The notes beneath the pieces were generated by a model. The model made no database searches. It was not told the DNA's origin and saw nothing but the letters and a program-made list of their open reading frames with translations. Shown here one piece after another: positions 49,732 through 60,932 of a stretch of DNA of 64,000 nt. The stretch lies in NCBI GenBank assembly GCA_963768425.1, contig CAVYHV010000006.1, positions 128,001-192,000 of the forward strand, in the 5' to 3' direction. The position numbers were made by a program, and so were the translations under genes. Source of the DNA: Candidatus Bathyarchaeota archaeon. GTDB taxonomy: Archaea > Thermoproteota > Bathyarchaeia > Bathyarchaeales > Bathycorpusculaceae. Position 1 is the first letter of the stretch; the number at the start of each line of letters is the position of its first letter.

Positions 49732-50406
49732 ATGGACCAGAAAAAAATACTCAGATTTAACCTTGGTAATGTGGAGAATTCCCTTCTTGGCGTAGAGCTA
49801 AACTGGGGAATAATCGACGACAAATTGGATAGTGCGAAGATTGGGCGGCGTGACATTTTTGATTCTGTCATTAGAGGTCGGTTGATGGACGCTTACAGGT
49901 ATCTTGATAAGCTCCTTGAAAAGGGTGTTGAACCGTTTTCGCCTGAAGGCGTTTCTGAAATCATGGAACTTAACAACATTATTCATTACGGGTTTGATAT
50001 GCAGTTAAGGCTCGAGTACAATCGGGCTATAGAAGCGAACTCGGAGAAATTCAACGAGAACATCAACCCGATCGAGAAATGGTACAGAAAGCACATGAAG
50101 GGCGAGCCGCATCCGCTGAAGGTGGCAGCTGAAGTGTATGTTGCGGTGCTTGGTTTTCCTCAATTGTTTATTGAAGGCAATCATAGGACGGGCAACTTGA
50201 TCTCCAACTGGATTAGCATGTACTATGGAAAGCCGCCGTTTGTTTTGAGCGCGGAGAATGCTTTGGCATATTTTAAGCCGTCGAAGGAAATTAAGAGGTT
50301 TGCTGATAAATCGACTTGGAGGGGAAGGGCGAGGTTACCTAAGTATAGGACTTGTTTTAAGAAGTTTTGGGAAGAGTACATAGACGACAAGTACGTTAAA
50401 TCTTGA
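49732..50406 (+). CDS. Fic/Doc-like protein with a degenerate motif
   Basis: PQLFIEGNHRTG versus canonical HPFxDGNGRxxR. Confidence 0.7.
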   Translation: MDQKKILRFNLGNVENSLLGVELNWGIIDDKLDSAKIGRRDIFDSVIRGRLMDAYRYLDKLLEKGVEPFSPEGVSEIMELNNIIHYGFDMQLRLEYNRAIEANSEKFNENINPIEKWYRKHMKGEPHPLKVAAEVYVAVLGFPQLFIEGNHRTGNLISNWISMYYGKPPFVLSAENALAYFKPSKEIKRFADKSTWRGRARLPKYRTCFKKFWEEYIDDKYVKS

Positions 50407-50620
50407 AAAAGCCTCATCAGGCTTGGAGATAGTGCTCCCCCGCTAGTTTCGGTGAAGCGGACATAAAAATCTCGCACAAAAACGAACAATTAACCGAAAT
50501 AACGCATTCTTTTGAACAATCGTTCAGATGCTACATTAAGACCGGAAACAGCCTTGGAGTAAATTCGTAGCAAATCACAAATATCTGCCTAAAGGTGTTT
50601 TCTGGAAAGAGACGCTTAAA

Positions 50621-52009
50621 GTGCTTGGTAAACAGAAGTCAAGGGCAGATAGCGGAGGGGAAGAAAAAAGCTACCGTGAGTTCTATCTCCAAGCGGATAT
50701 TACGCAATCAAAGTTTGCGATGGTGCTATTTGCAATTCCCCTTATCGGCTTCATATTTAACGATTACATGTTTTTTGGTTTATCAAATATGTTCTATGGA
50801 GTCATTTCTGTTCGTGTTGCACTTTTGTTTGTAACAGGTTTAGAGTTGTCATTTATTGGAAGAGTGAAAAGTTACAATGCTTATGACAGGATTCTTTTCT
50901 TTGCTGTTTTGGCAATGATAATCGGCGGAGGTGTCATCAATGCAACTCGTCCCTCGAACTTCGTAATTGCAAGCATAATATCAATCGTATCGGTGTTTGT
51001 TTTGTACTTGATTGTTCCTCTCAAATTTAAGTTCCAAGTCTTTCTGGCTTCATTTCTCACGGTTGGCGAATCCTTAATCGTATTGATTCTTTCCAAAAAT
51101 ATTGGAGATTCTGTTCTTTTTACCCTGCTGTTTAGTATGTTTGTTGCAAACTTGGTTGCTGCTTTCGGTGCTTGGCAGACGCATTCCTACAGAAAAAAGA
51201 ATTACTCGGAGTTCATGCAGCGTAAAGCTTTGCAGGATGAATTGGAGAAGCATGCAAACCAATTATCGGAACTTGTGGAGGAACGAACCAAAGATTTGGT
51301 GCAGGCACAATCGCGACTTATGCAATCCGAACGATTGGCTACTATCGGCGAGATGGCGGGTATGGTGGGTCACGATCTTCGAAATCCGCTTGCCGCCATA
51401 AAGAACGCTTCTTATTATTTGAGAAAAAAACAGGGCTCATCACTTGGCGATAGCGGCACGGAAATGCTAAACGCAATTGATAGATCAGTTGAGCACGCCA
51501 ACAGTATCGTTGCTGATTTGCTTGATTTTAGCCGTGAAATCCACTTGGATCTTGAAGAATATTCGCCCAAATCCTTGGTAAACTATGTATTGCTAGCCAT
51601 GAACATTCCAGGCAACGTTAAGATAACACAAAAAATAGAAGCGAGCCCACAGTTTGGGTAGATGCAAACAAAATTGAAAGGGTATTTACCAACATCGTCA
51701 AGAACGCCATTGAAGCTATGCCCAACGGCGGCACAATTGAAATAAGCAGCCGCCAAAATGGAGAAAACGTCGAATTTCATTTTTGCTGATACAGGCAGCG
51801 GCATGTCTGAAGACGTAATTGGAAAGATTTTTACGCCGCTCTTCACCACCAAAGCGCAAGGCATGGGTTTTGGATTAGCCATCTGTAAACGAATTGTTGA
51901 AGCTCATGGCGGCAAAATTGGAGTTGAGAGTACACTCAACAAAGGAACAACATTTACAATTTCACTCCCTATTGAGCAACAGCATAAAAAAGAGACATCA
52001 AATAATTGA
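50621..52009 (+). pseudogene. Membrane sensor histidine kinase split by two frameshifts (about 51640 and 51780)
   Basis: TM region, H-box GHDLRNPL, N-box NIVKNAIEAM in an alternate frame, DTGSG, FTTK..GMGFGL. Confidence 0.85.
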
Positions 52010-52210
52010 GTCTAGAATAGTCGACGAATCTTGACTGCATCACTTAAGTAGCCTTTACGAATTGCTTTCCTCGGTTTTTTGGTTTTGGTTTGTGCGGTGT
52101 TGTGGGTGACTATTTGTTTTTTTGTTTTGTATGTTGGTTTCCGTGGGAATTTTAAGGGATTTTTGGGGTGGGGAGTTAGCGCCCCCTGTTATTCCGTAAG
52201 TTTCTTATAG

Positions 52211-52231
52211 TAGGTTGGATAATCCAACCTA
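52211..52231. promoter_or_regulatory. Perfect operator-like palindrome TAGGTTGGAT-A-ATCCAACCTA
   Basis: Directly after TATA-like TTATA and about 20 nt before the ABC operon ATG. Confidence 0.7.
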
Positions 52232-52251
52232 ACCTATTGGGGACTAAAAGG

Positions 52252-53228
52252 ATGAGAAACAAAAATATCATTTACATTGTTGCAACCGCAATAATCATGA
52301 TACATTATTGCTCTCAGGGGCATTCATCTACGTAAACTACAAAACACCAAACAAATCAGACATCACAAGACATAACCATTGTAGACGACGAAGGCTACAC
52401 CACCAATCTAACTGCGATTCCTCAAAGAATCATTTCATTAGCACCTAGCCTGTACCCAAATCCTCTTTGCAGTCGGCGCAGGCAACAAAGTCGTAGGCGT
52501 AACAGCCTACGACGATTACCCATACAATTTCTCGGCATGGGTAGCGGAAGGCAACATGACTATTCATGGTGGCTATGGAACACCGGACATGGAAGCCATC
52601 GCTTCGCTTCGCCCCGATTTGATAGTTACTGACAGCATCAACGACGCTAGCCTACCAAGCATGAGAACCTTATACAAAGTGATAGTTCTCAACCCAAGCA
52701 CGATAAGCTGGAATCTACACAGACATGTCTTTAGTTGGAAAGGCAACAGGCACCGAAACACAAGCGAACGCGGTAGTTGCAAACCTGACCAGCACAATCA
52801 ACGGGATAGCGACAAAAATTGCTAACTTGCATGAAGCTCCGACGAAAGTCTACTATGAAGTCTGGACTGCCCCACTCATGAGCGCCGGTTCAACAACCTG
52901 GATAAACGATGTCATAAGCAAAGCTGGAGGAGTCAACATATTCGCCAACGAAACTCAGCAATACCCAACAGTTGCCTCAGAAACGATAGTTTCACTCAAC
53001 CCTGACGTAATATGCTTGCCGACAAACATGGGACTGGAACGCCGTTCTACGGAACCGTACAAGACGTGAAATCAACACCGGGATGGAACACAATAAGCGC
53101 AGTGCAAAACGATCGAGTCTATGTGATCGACCAAGACTTGTTCGCCGAGCCTGGACCAAGAGTTGCAGACCATAGTATATTCAGTTGCGGAATGCTTGTA
53201 TCCACAACTTTTTAACTCCACATCCTAA
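52252..53228 (+). pseudogene. BtuF/FhuD-type substrate-binding protein with multiple frameshifts
   Basis: PQRIISLAPS, E.I..L.PDLI, I.KAGGVNIF, E.I..LNPDVI, PGPRV across frames. Confidence 0.82.
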
Positions 53229-53247
53229 TTTTTTTGTTGTGCAACTC

Positions 53248-54322
53248 ATGGAACAACAGCAAACCGAAGGAGCATTAGTAAGACGTTCTTCAAGATGGAA
53301 GCTAATCATAGCAGCGCTAATAGTCGGTTTTATTGTAACAATAATTGTCGCCCTCAACATTGGCTACGCACCCATTTCTTTTTCAGAAATTTTTGCTATT
53401 CTCGGAAAACAAATCCCATAAGTACCAATCAAATCCTCATCCACCCAGTTTCAGATTGACAGCGCAATAATTCTGTAATTCGTCTTCCGCGAGTATTGGC
53501 AGGGGCTTTGGTCGGTGCGGGGTTGGCAGCGGCTGGCGTAATTTATCAGGGAATCTTTCGAAATCCTATGGCTGACTCATATTTGCTTGGTGCATCAGCA
53601 GGAGCTTCAGTTGGTTATACAATAGCTGTCCTGTATGTTACGTCGTCTTTGTCGCTTATCGGTTTGGGAATGACACAGATTTTCGCGTTCATATTTGCCT
53701 TGCTAACCGTTTTCGTGGTGCTGACTATTTCACGCGTAGGCGGAAAAATCCCACCACCACCTTGCTGCTTTCAGGTATAGTTGCAAACATTTTTCTCCTG
53801 GCTATTGAAACGGTCATGCAGCTTAGATCAGGCAAAGCTCTCAGTGGCATAGTCGCCTGGCTTGCAGGCGGATTTTCTGACACCGTTTGGGCACAGTTTT
53901 ACGTGGTATATGCCTATAATTCTTGTAGGTATTGTGCTTACTTATTTTTTCACTCGCGATCTAAACGTGCTTTCCATGGGCGAAGAGACAGCACAACATT
54001 TAGGCGTGAACACTGAAAGAACGCGCCAAATCTTGCTTGCCATCGCGTCTCTGATAACCGCGGCATGCGTCGCGATAAGCGGGGTTATAGGCTTCGTAGG
54101 CTTAATAATTCCTCACATGACGCGCCTAGTAATTGGACCGATCACCGTATCCTTCTGCCAGCATCCACAATTGTCGGGGCTATTTTCTTAGTAATATGTG
54201 ATTCTGTCGCCAGAGTTGCCACGGGAGCTTCTGAATTGCCAGTCGGCGTTATAACTGCTCTTGTGGGAACCCCATTCTTTATTTATCTGCTTAGGAGAAG
54301 AAAAACAACTTATTCAATGTAA
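53248..54322 (+). pseudogene. BtuC/FecCD-type ABC permease with multiple frameshifts
   Basis: [46 protein letters not shown]. Confidence 0.85.
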
Positions 54323-54334
54323 GGCTGATGCAAA

Positions 54335-55648
54335 ATGTTGCTAAATGTAAATGGTGTCGAATGCCGTTACGGCTCAACGAAAATCTTAGAAAACGTCAGC
54401 TTGTCCTTGAAGGAAGGCGACTTCGTCGGGATCCTTGGACCTAACGGCTCAGGAAAAAGACCCTGCTCAAAAGCATAAGCCGAACACTCAAACCATCCAA
54501 GGGAGCAATCCTGCTAAACGACAAGGACATCTACACGCTGAAAAGCATCGATGTCGCAAAGCAGCTGGCAGTGGTCCCGCAGGACAACGCAATCAGCTTC
54601 AACTTCACTGCCATAGAAGTCGTTATGATGGGACGCACCCCCCACCTGGCAGGGTTTGAGATGGAAACTGAAAAGGACTTGGCGATCGCCAAAAAAGCCA
54701 TGAATTTAACGAATACCTGGCATCTGGCGCAACGGCCCGTAAACGAGTTAAGCGGCGGCGAACGTCAACGCGTCATCATCGCTCGCGCCATTGCTCAAGA
54801 ACCTAAAGTTCTTCTCCTAGATGAACCCCTCACTTACTTAGACATCATAAATCAGCTGGAAATCATGGATCTCATAAAATCACTATGCGTTTCAGAAGGA
54901 TTAATCGTCATGGCTGTCGTCCACGACCTCAACTTGGCAGCTCGCTATTGCAACTACGCATTGCTTCTCAAGAAAGGACACGTTTACGCCGCAGGAGCCC
55001 TGGATGAGGTAATGACAAGTGAAAACCTAAAAAGCGTTTTCCAAGTGGACGCCATTGTTAAGCGAAACCCAGTTACAAATTCTCTCTACATAATTCCGTT
55101 GTCGCCGCCAAAGTCTTGTCCGCCCGAAACTGCTCAATTCACATTATCAGCGGCGCCGGAACAGGAACTGTCCTAATGAAGGCTCTCCAAGAAGAAGGAT
55201 ACCGAATTACCGCGGGCGTCCTCAACGTTTTAGACACTGATTTCGAAACTGCCGAGTTTCTAAATATACCCGTAATCAGTGAAGCACCGTTTTCGCCTAT
55301 AACCGACAAAACCCGCAGCGCCAACTTTGACCTAATGGCGAAATCCAGCATGATAGTAATCACTTCTGTTCCGTTTGGTTATGGCAACATTTCAAACTTG
55401 GAGTCAGCGTTTGAAGCAGTTAAACTAGGCATCCAAACATACATCATAGACGAAGAACCTATTGACGGACGAGACTTCACTGGCGGCAAAGCAACCGTAC
55501 TCATGCAGGAGCTCAAAGAACACGGCGCCGTTTCATCAAACATGCGTCTGAACTGCCTGCTCTGGTTAATGCGAAACATGACTTAATGGAACTGCAAAAA
55601 AACGCTCAGAGCGAGGTTCCAGGTCGAAAAAACTCGCCAAAGCAATAG
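54335..55648 (+). pseudogene. BtuD/FecE-type ABC ATPase with C-terminal extension, multiple frameshifts; end approximate
   Basis: GPNGSGK, LSGGERQR, LLDEP, HDLN; extension HIISGAGTG...AGVLN.LDTD. Confidence 0.82.
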
Positions 55649-55686
55649 TTAAGCCTTCTAATTACAAAGATAAGAGTTAAATCACA

Positions 55687-56319
55687 ATGACCGAAGAAAA
55701 CAACAAGAAATCCTTTGCTTTCCTCAAAAAGCAAGCTTCAGAATTGGGTGCCATAGACGCAAAGGTGATTCCAGTTGAAAAAATCATAGTTGAAGATCGC
55801 GTTGTCTTCAAATGTAGGTTAGGCTGCGAAAAATATGGAAAGACATTGGCTTGCCCGCCTTATGCGCCCTCTCCCAGCGAGTTCCGCAAAATCGTCAGCG
55901 AATACCATTACGCCTTGTTCATGAAATTTCAGTCGAATGCAGAAGGGGATTCTGAACTCATAAAATACCTTGCAAAAACAAATGACTCCTCTGTTCCTCC
56001 AGAGATGAAGGCGAAAGTTGAAGATTTCTGGCTTGTATGGAAGAACGACATGAAACATCTTCTTGAAAAAGTCTTACAGCTCGAGAAAGCGGCGGCTGAA
56101 CAAGGGTATCTTCTCGCCGTCGGGTTAGTCTCCGGGTCCTGTCAGCTTTGCGAAAAATGCAACGTTCAAAGCGGGCTTTGCGTGCATCCCGAGAAGAAAC
56201 GTTACTCTCAGGAGGGCGTTGGAGTCAACGTGAAGGCAACCGCAGAAAAAGCTGGCGTAAAATTCACTTTGCCATTCAACAAAAACCCTGAAACCTTTGC
56301 CTTACTTTTGATTGATTAG
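55687..56319 (+). CDS. DUF2284 family Cys-rich putative metal-binding protein
   Basis: KC..GC..YG..LACPP, GSC.LC..C.....C.HP..R.S.EG.GVNV. Confidence 0.85.
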   Translation: MTEENNKKSFAFLKKQASELGAIDAKVIPVEKIIVEDRVVFKCRLGCEKYGKTLACPPYAPSPSEFRKIVSEYHYALFMKFQSNAEGDSELIKYLAKTNDSSVPPEMKAKVEDFWLVWKNDMKHLLEKVLQLEKAAAEQGYLLAVGLVSGSCQLCEKCNVQSGLCVHPEKKRYSQEGVGVNVKATAEKAGVKFTLPFNKNPETFALLLID

Positions 56320-56662
56320 ATAAATGTTAAACAGGTCGCTTTGCAAAAGGTTGCGCGTTTTGTCTGTTAACTTTTTCTTCGGCCCCAAAATCACGTCAAG
56401 AAAGCACTGCAAAAAGTGACTTTGCTTGTGGCGTTCGCCAATTAAGTCTAACTTGTAGTATCTGGACAAGGCAGCGCTCGCTCAACAAGAAGAGTTTGGA
56501 AAAAACGGCAAAAAACATGGATACCGTTGAAGGAACCCGGCGAAGTTATCAAAAGTCTTTTATATATTCCAAGTTTTGATATGTTGCCTTCTTGGTAATT
56601 AGGATTATAATAGTGTAGCAATATTTACGATTAACCAATAATTGGAAAGGATGTAGGTAGAT

Positions 56663-57367
56663 TTGACTATTCTGGTTCAAAAGACGGAAACGTGTTACTC
56701 AGCGCAGCTTATAATTGCGGCACTAAACGAAGCTCCCGGAATAGGGCTCACAATAGCTGAGATGAGAGATACTCTAGGTGAAGTTCCAGTTTTAGTCGTT
56801 GATGGCAATAGCAGCGACCGAACTGTTGAAATAGCTAAGAACATGGGTGCAAAAGTTGTTTGCCAAGACGGGATTGGAAAAGGCGACGCCTTAAATAAGG
56901 CTCTTGAAAACGCCGACCTAAACGCGGATTATATCATTCTCACTGATGCAGATTACACATACCCTGCCGAGTATGTTCCCGAAATGATAAAAATACTTGA
57001 AGAAAACCCGCTCATAGGCATGGTTTGCGGCAACCGGCTCAGCGGGCAAGTTGATAAAGAAGCCTTGCATAATGTTTTCCACATTGGTAACATGATGCTT
57101 GCTTTTGCACATAGCATGCTTAACGGAGTGCCGCTTCAAGACCCGCTGACTGGACTGCGAGTAATACGCGCCGAAATCCTGCGAGGGCGGCTTTTGAAAA
57201 GCAAAAGCTTTGACATCGAAGTTGAGTTGAACCATCTGGTAGGACAGCTAGGCTTCACGATTCGAGAAATCCCAATTCGCTACAGAGCGCGGCTCGGCGA
57301 GAAGAAGCTGAAGGTAAGTCACGGCGTCACTATACTGAAGAGAATATTGTTGGAAACAGCATGTTAG
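56663..57367 (+). CDS. GT2 glycosyltransferase (DPM1-like)
   Basis: ALNE, VVDG.SSD.T, GKG.A, DAD.TY, F.IEVE, Y..R.GEKKL. Confidence 0.92.
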   Translation: MTILVQKTETCYSAQLIIAALNEAPGIGLTIAEMRDTLGEVPVLVVDGNSSDRTVEIAKNMGAKVVCQDGIGKGDALNKALENADLNADYIILTDADYTYPAEYVPEMIKILEENPLIGMVCGNRLSGQVDKEALHNVFHIGNMMLAFAHSMLNGVPLQDPLTGLRVIRAEILRGRLLKSKSFDIEVELNHLVGQLGFTIREIPIRYRARLGEKKLKVSHGVTILKRILLETAC

Positions 57368-57679
57368 AATTGATGCAGATGCAATTTGGTTCGTTAAAAC
57401 AGTAATTGTTCCAACAACTATTGGTATTCTCGATTACGATAACGCAAATCTTATATCTTGCTATTGGTGATGTATTTTTCAAGGACAACTTTAGCGGTTC
57501 AGCTGTCCTCACTACATAAAATAGGAGAAGAACAAAATGAATAATCAATACAAACATAACAAAGCAAAGCTTGATAGCGACGTTGCTCCAATAGTTTTGG
57601 CGCTAACTGATGTACCCCTTAAAGTAAAGAAAAACTCTGAAAGCGAACCAATTTACATTGACCACTTATAAAGAACCCT

Positions 57680-57889
57680 CTAAGCCTCAGAAATAACAAT
57701 GTAGTCTTTGTTTTCTTCAACTGAGAATTTGTTCTTAAGAAATGCCCTCATTTCTTGAATGTCATAATCGCCTTTAATTTTAAGTTGGTAAGCATCGGGT
57801 AATCCATGTTCAATGCTAACAACAATAGGGCTAACAAGCTGATGATCACCTAACTCTTTTAGAAGAGCGACCGACTCTTCTCTATTCAC
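57680..57889 (-). CDS. Small hypothetical protein
   Basis: GGGGAAG upstream; C-terminus also found at about 60243..60302. Confidence 0.7.
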   Translation of the reverse strand: MNREESVALLKELGDHQLVSPIVVSIEHGLPDAYQLKIKGDYDIQEMRAFLKNKFSVEENKDYIVISEA

Positions 57890-58161
57890 TTGCTTCCCCT
57901 AACTCGCTTATTGGACGTACAATGCTAATAACACTTTGCTGAACAATTGTGTAAATAAACGTTGCACTTTCAGGAAAATTGGCATTGTCGAACGCATTTA
58001 CCAGAAAATACATCCTGATTACTTAATTTGAGAATATGTTTTCTGAATAGTGATTTTAAGCTGAAATCTTACTCCGCTACCCAAGTCGTCATTTTTAATG
58101 GAAATTTTAATCCAACCAACAGCTTGAATCTGTCGTCTGCTTGTTTCTGTAATGATACTTA

Positions 58162-59115
58162 TCATGGTCTATTATTTGATGCACATTCAAGCTTTCGTTT
58201 GGCTTCTTCAATCACTTTAAGTTTTTGCTCACTCACGACTGGAAATTTGATTCCCAAAGACAGTATGCTTGTAGTCATTATGTCGGCAACTATTGAACGA
58301 GCTAGCCATTTACAATCTGCTGGAATAATATACCAAGGCGCCCATTTCGTGCTTGTATTGTTTATCGTGTCCTCATAAGCTTTCATGTACTCATCCCAAT
58401 AATCCCTTTCTTTAATGTCAGCATCCGAAAATTTCCAATATTTGTCAGGGCTGTTTAAACGTTCACCTAAGCGTTTTTCCTGTTCATTCTTAGAAATATG
58501 CATAAAAAACTTTAGAATCACTGTTCCATTTCGCACAAGATGACGTTCAAAATTTGCTATATCTTCATAGCGGTTTTTCCAAAACTTGCTATCATATTTT
58601 CTCTCCGGAAGATTTTGGTTTTCCAAAAGATTTATGTGAACTTTAACAATCAAGACTTCTTCGTAGTATGATCTGTTAAAGATGCCTATCTGGCCCTTTT
58701 CAGGTAAAGCTACGACTTGTCGCCACAAAAAATTATGCTCCAACTCCGTGGTTGAAGGCTGCTTAAAACTTGTTACCTGGCAACCTTGCGGGTTAACTCC
58801 ACACATTACATGTTTGATAATGCCGTCTTTGCCCGCTGCATCCATACCTTGCAAGATCACAAGCAAAGCGTAAGTATTGTTTGCATAAAGCAACTCCTGC
58901 GCTTTCGCCAATTCTCGGCGGTTCTGCTCTAAAAGTGTATTAGCAATTTCCTTTAGTTTGCCTTTTCCTAAGAATTTGGTTTCCTCATTTTGCGCCCACC
59001 CGGTATCAAAGTCTTTTAGTTTTATTTTTGAATTGAATGAGACCTTTCCTTTGTAGCAGGCGTCTGTGGTGAAACATGCCATTTCTTCAATTTGGGCGCT
59101 TGGCTTCGTTGGCAT
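58162..59115 (-). CDS. ppk2: Polyphosphate kinase 2 (class III-like)
   Basis: QGMDAAGKD, GVNPQG, SFKQPS, FNRSYYE, KYWKF, WYIIPAD. Confidence 0.93.
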   Translation of the reverse strand: MPTKPSAQIEEMACFTTDACYKGKVSFNSKIKLKDFDTGWAQNEETKFLGKGKLKEIANTLLEQNRRELAKAQELLYANNTYALLVILQGMDAAGKDGIIKHVMCGVNPQGCQVTSFKQPSTTELEHNFLWRQVVALPEKGQIGIFNRSYYEEVLIVKVHINLLENQNLPERKYDSKFWKNRYEDIANFERHLVRNGTVILKFFMHISKNEQEKRLGERLNSPDKYWKFSDADIKERDYWDEYMKAYEDTINNTSTKWAPWYIIPADCKWLARSIVADIMTTSILSLGIKFPVVSEQKLKVIEEAKRKLECASNNRP

Positions 59116-59398
59116 ATTAATTATCGTCCCTTAAGAATCACGTGATTCTTGTTGATTGAACTAAAATCCAATGATGCTTAAAAAGTGTGTTAACCTATAA
59201 AACATATTTAAAATAATTGTTCGCGCAAAAACTGTGGAAGAGAAATGAAATAAAAGTCCGCCCGATTTTCTGATGGCCATTCACATCAATGGAAATAAAA
59301 TTAAATACATCCGGCGGCCTGACTCACCCAAAACTGGCGAAGGAAAACAAGGCTTAGCGCAATTATTGTTGAAAGTTTATAGCATTGGCGGATTTTTC

Positions 59399-59950
59399 TT
59401 AAGAGATCTCGCGCATTTCACATATAGTTTCTTCGTCATTTTTGGTCTTTGATTTTTCTTTTTCGTTTTGTTCGTTTACTTCTTTGTTGTGTTGGTCAAC
59501 TCGATTATTGACCGTTTTTACCAATTGAATAACCAGTTCAATGTCTTCTTGGAGTTTTTTTGGAGTAGTAATAATTGAAATTGTGTCCCCTTGTAAACTG
59601 TTTGCATAGTTAGGTTCACCTATCGGGAAAGAATCATTTGATTTTTCTGTTAAAGCTAATGGTTGAGCGGTTTTTTTCAATTCCTTTTCAAAGAGCTCTT
59701 GCCAATCCTCCTGCGGGACTCGGTCTAAGGGCAATTCAACAAAAAAAGTGTCTTCTTCTGTGGATAGTTTTGTTATTTTCAACGTTTCTGGGTCAATTGT
59801 TTTCAGATTCGTTTTCTCAATCAGGTTCAGAATGATGGCCCTTAAGCATATGAGCTTGAATTCGCCTTTAAGTTTTTGTATAAACTCCTTGGAAGAAATC
59901 ACGATAAAATCCGTACTTGTCAGCTTAAAATTCGTTCCCCTCAGTATCAC
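59399..59950 (-). CDS. Hypothetical protein with coiled-coil C-terminus; start uncertain
   Basis: 183-aa ORF. Confidence 0.55.
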   Translation of the reverse strand: MILRGTNFKLTSTDFIVISSKEFIQKLKGEFKLICLRAIILNLIEKTNLKTIDPETLKITKLSTEEDTFFVELPLDRVPQEDWQELFEKELKKTAQPLALTEKSNDSFPIGEPNYANSLQGDTISIITTPKKLQEDIELVIQLVKTVNNRVDQHNKEVNEQNEKEKSKTKNDEETICEMREIS

Positions 59951-60014
59951 TAATAAATCGTAATACTTAATAAACTATTTAAGTTTGCACCGTTTTAGAA
60001 ATAATTGGTCCCAC

Positions 60015-60254
60015 ATGACAAAAAGAACACCAAGTTTAATGATAGAAAGCGGGTTCCTTGTGGACTTAACATTTCATAACATTCCAGCCTCATTGTTTAC
60101 CGAGTTTAACGAAAGAATCGTGAAACCATACTTCAAAGGCAATGTGAACTCAGCCATCCAAGACCTAATACAAAAAGAACTTGCAGAACAAGAATTTGTT
60201 CATTCTCACATAACACACATACGAAATCGTGTGGATACCTCGGCTCAGAAATAA
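60015..60254 (+). CDS. Small RHH-like hypothetical protein
   Basis: LTFHNIPASLF.EF...IVKPYF.GN.N.AIQDLI. Confidence 0.6.
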   Translation: MTKRTPSLMIESGFLVDLTFHNIPASLFTEFNERIVKPYFKGNVNSAIQDLIQKELAEQEFVHSHITHIRNRVDTSAQK

Positions 60255-60509
60255 CGATATAGTCCTTATTTTCTTCCACTGAAAATTTGTCCTTAAGAAA
60301 TATCTTCATCCACTCATCTTTCTGAAGTTTCTCCCCACTCAGCAAAAGGCTCTCTCAAAAAAGAAATTTTATGACGCAAGAGTTTATTGAAGTGGCATGA
60401 ATAGTTTTTTCCAAATAAAAAAGAGGGAAAATACCGCAAAGAAAACAAACGCGTGGCATGTGTAGTGAAAATTAAGGGTGTTTCGAACAGACCTGAACGT
60501 GTTACCTCT

Positions 60510-60932
60510 TTATTCATATCTTGTTAGGAATAACGGTTTTTCCGCTTCTCTATGTCTCTTCTCAAGAGACACATCCTTCACGATAACAAAATCCGCAATA
60601 ATGCCTATGTCTTTCTTCTGTAATCCCATTTTTTCCTCCTTCGTTTGTTTAGAATCCACATCTGCGATATCGTCGCCAGCTTCCTTCATTTCTAGTGCCG
60701 CCAAAACAGCCTCATTAATCTCTTCGCGAGCGTCTTTCAGCTTTTCATTAGCATGCTCAAGTCTCTTAAAAATCGCGAACTTTTTGTTTTCCAAAAGGCA
60801 GTCATCTGCTAAATCCTCTACATGAGAAAAAGCCGAGGGCCAATGCGTATGCGTTCGAGTAGTCTCTGGGGATCTAACTAAACAGGTCCTTCTTTTTACT
60901 TTGTCTGACTTGTCCAGAATAACTTCGCTCAT
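60510..60932 (-). CDS. Hypothetical protein
   Basis: GGAGGTG SD; 140-aa ORF. Confidence 0.65.
   Translation of the reverse strand: MSEVILDKSDKVKRRTCLVRSPETTRTHTHWPSAFSHVEDLADDCLLENKKFAIFKRLEHANEKLKDAREEINEAVLAALEMKEAGDDIADVDSKQTKEEKMGLQKKDIGIIADFVIVKDVSLEKRHREAEKPLFLTRYE

Noticed and set aside
52020-52250. Cobalamin riboswitch before the ABC operon (also checked before cbiZ)
   Set aside because: No B12-box or GGGAA...GCCACTG core visible
59255-59345. Fluoride riboswitch-like GATGG segment
   Set aside because: No downstream pseudoknot partner and not upstream of crcB
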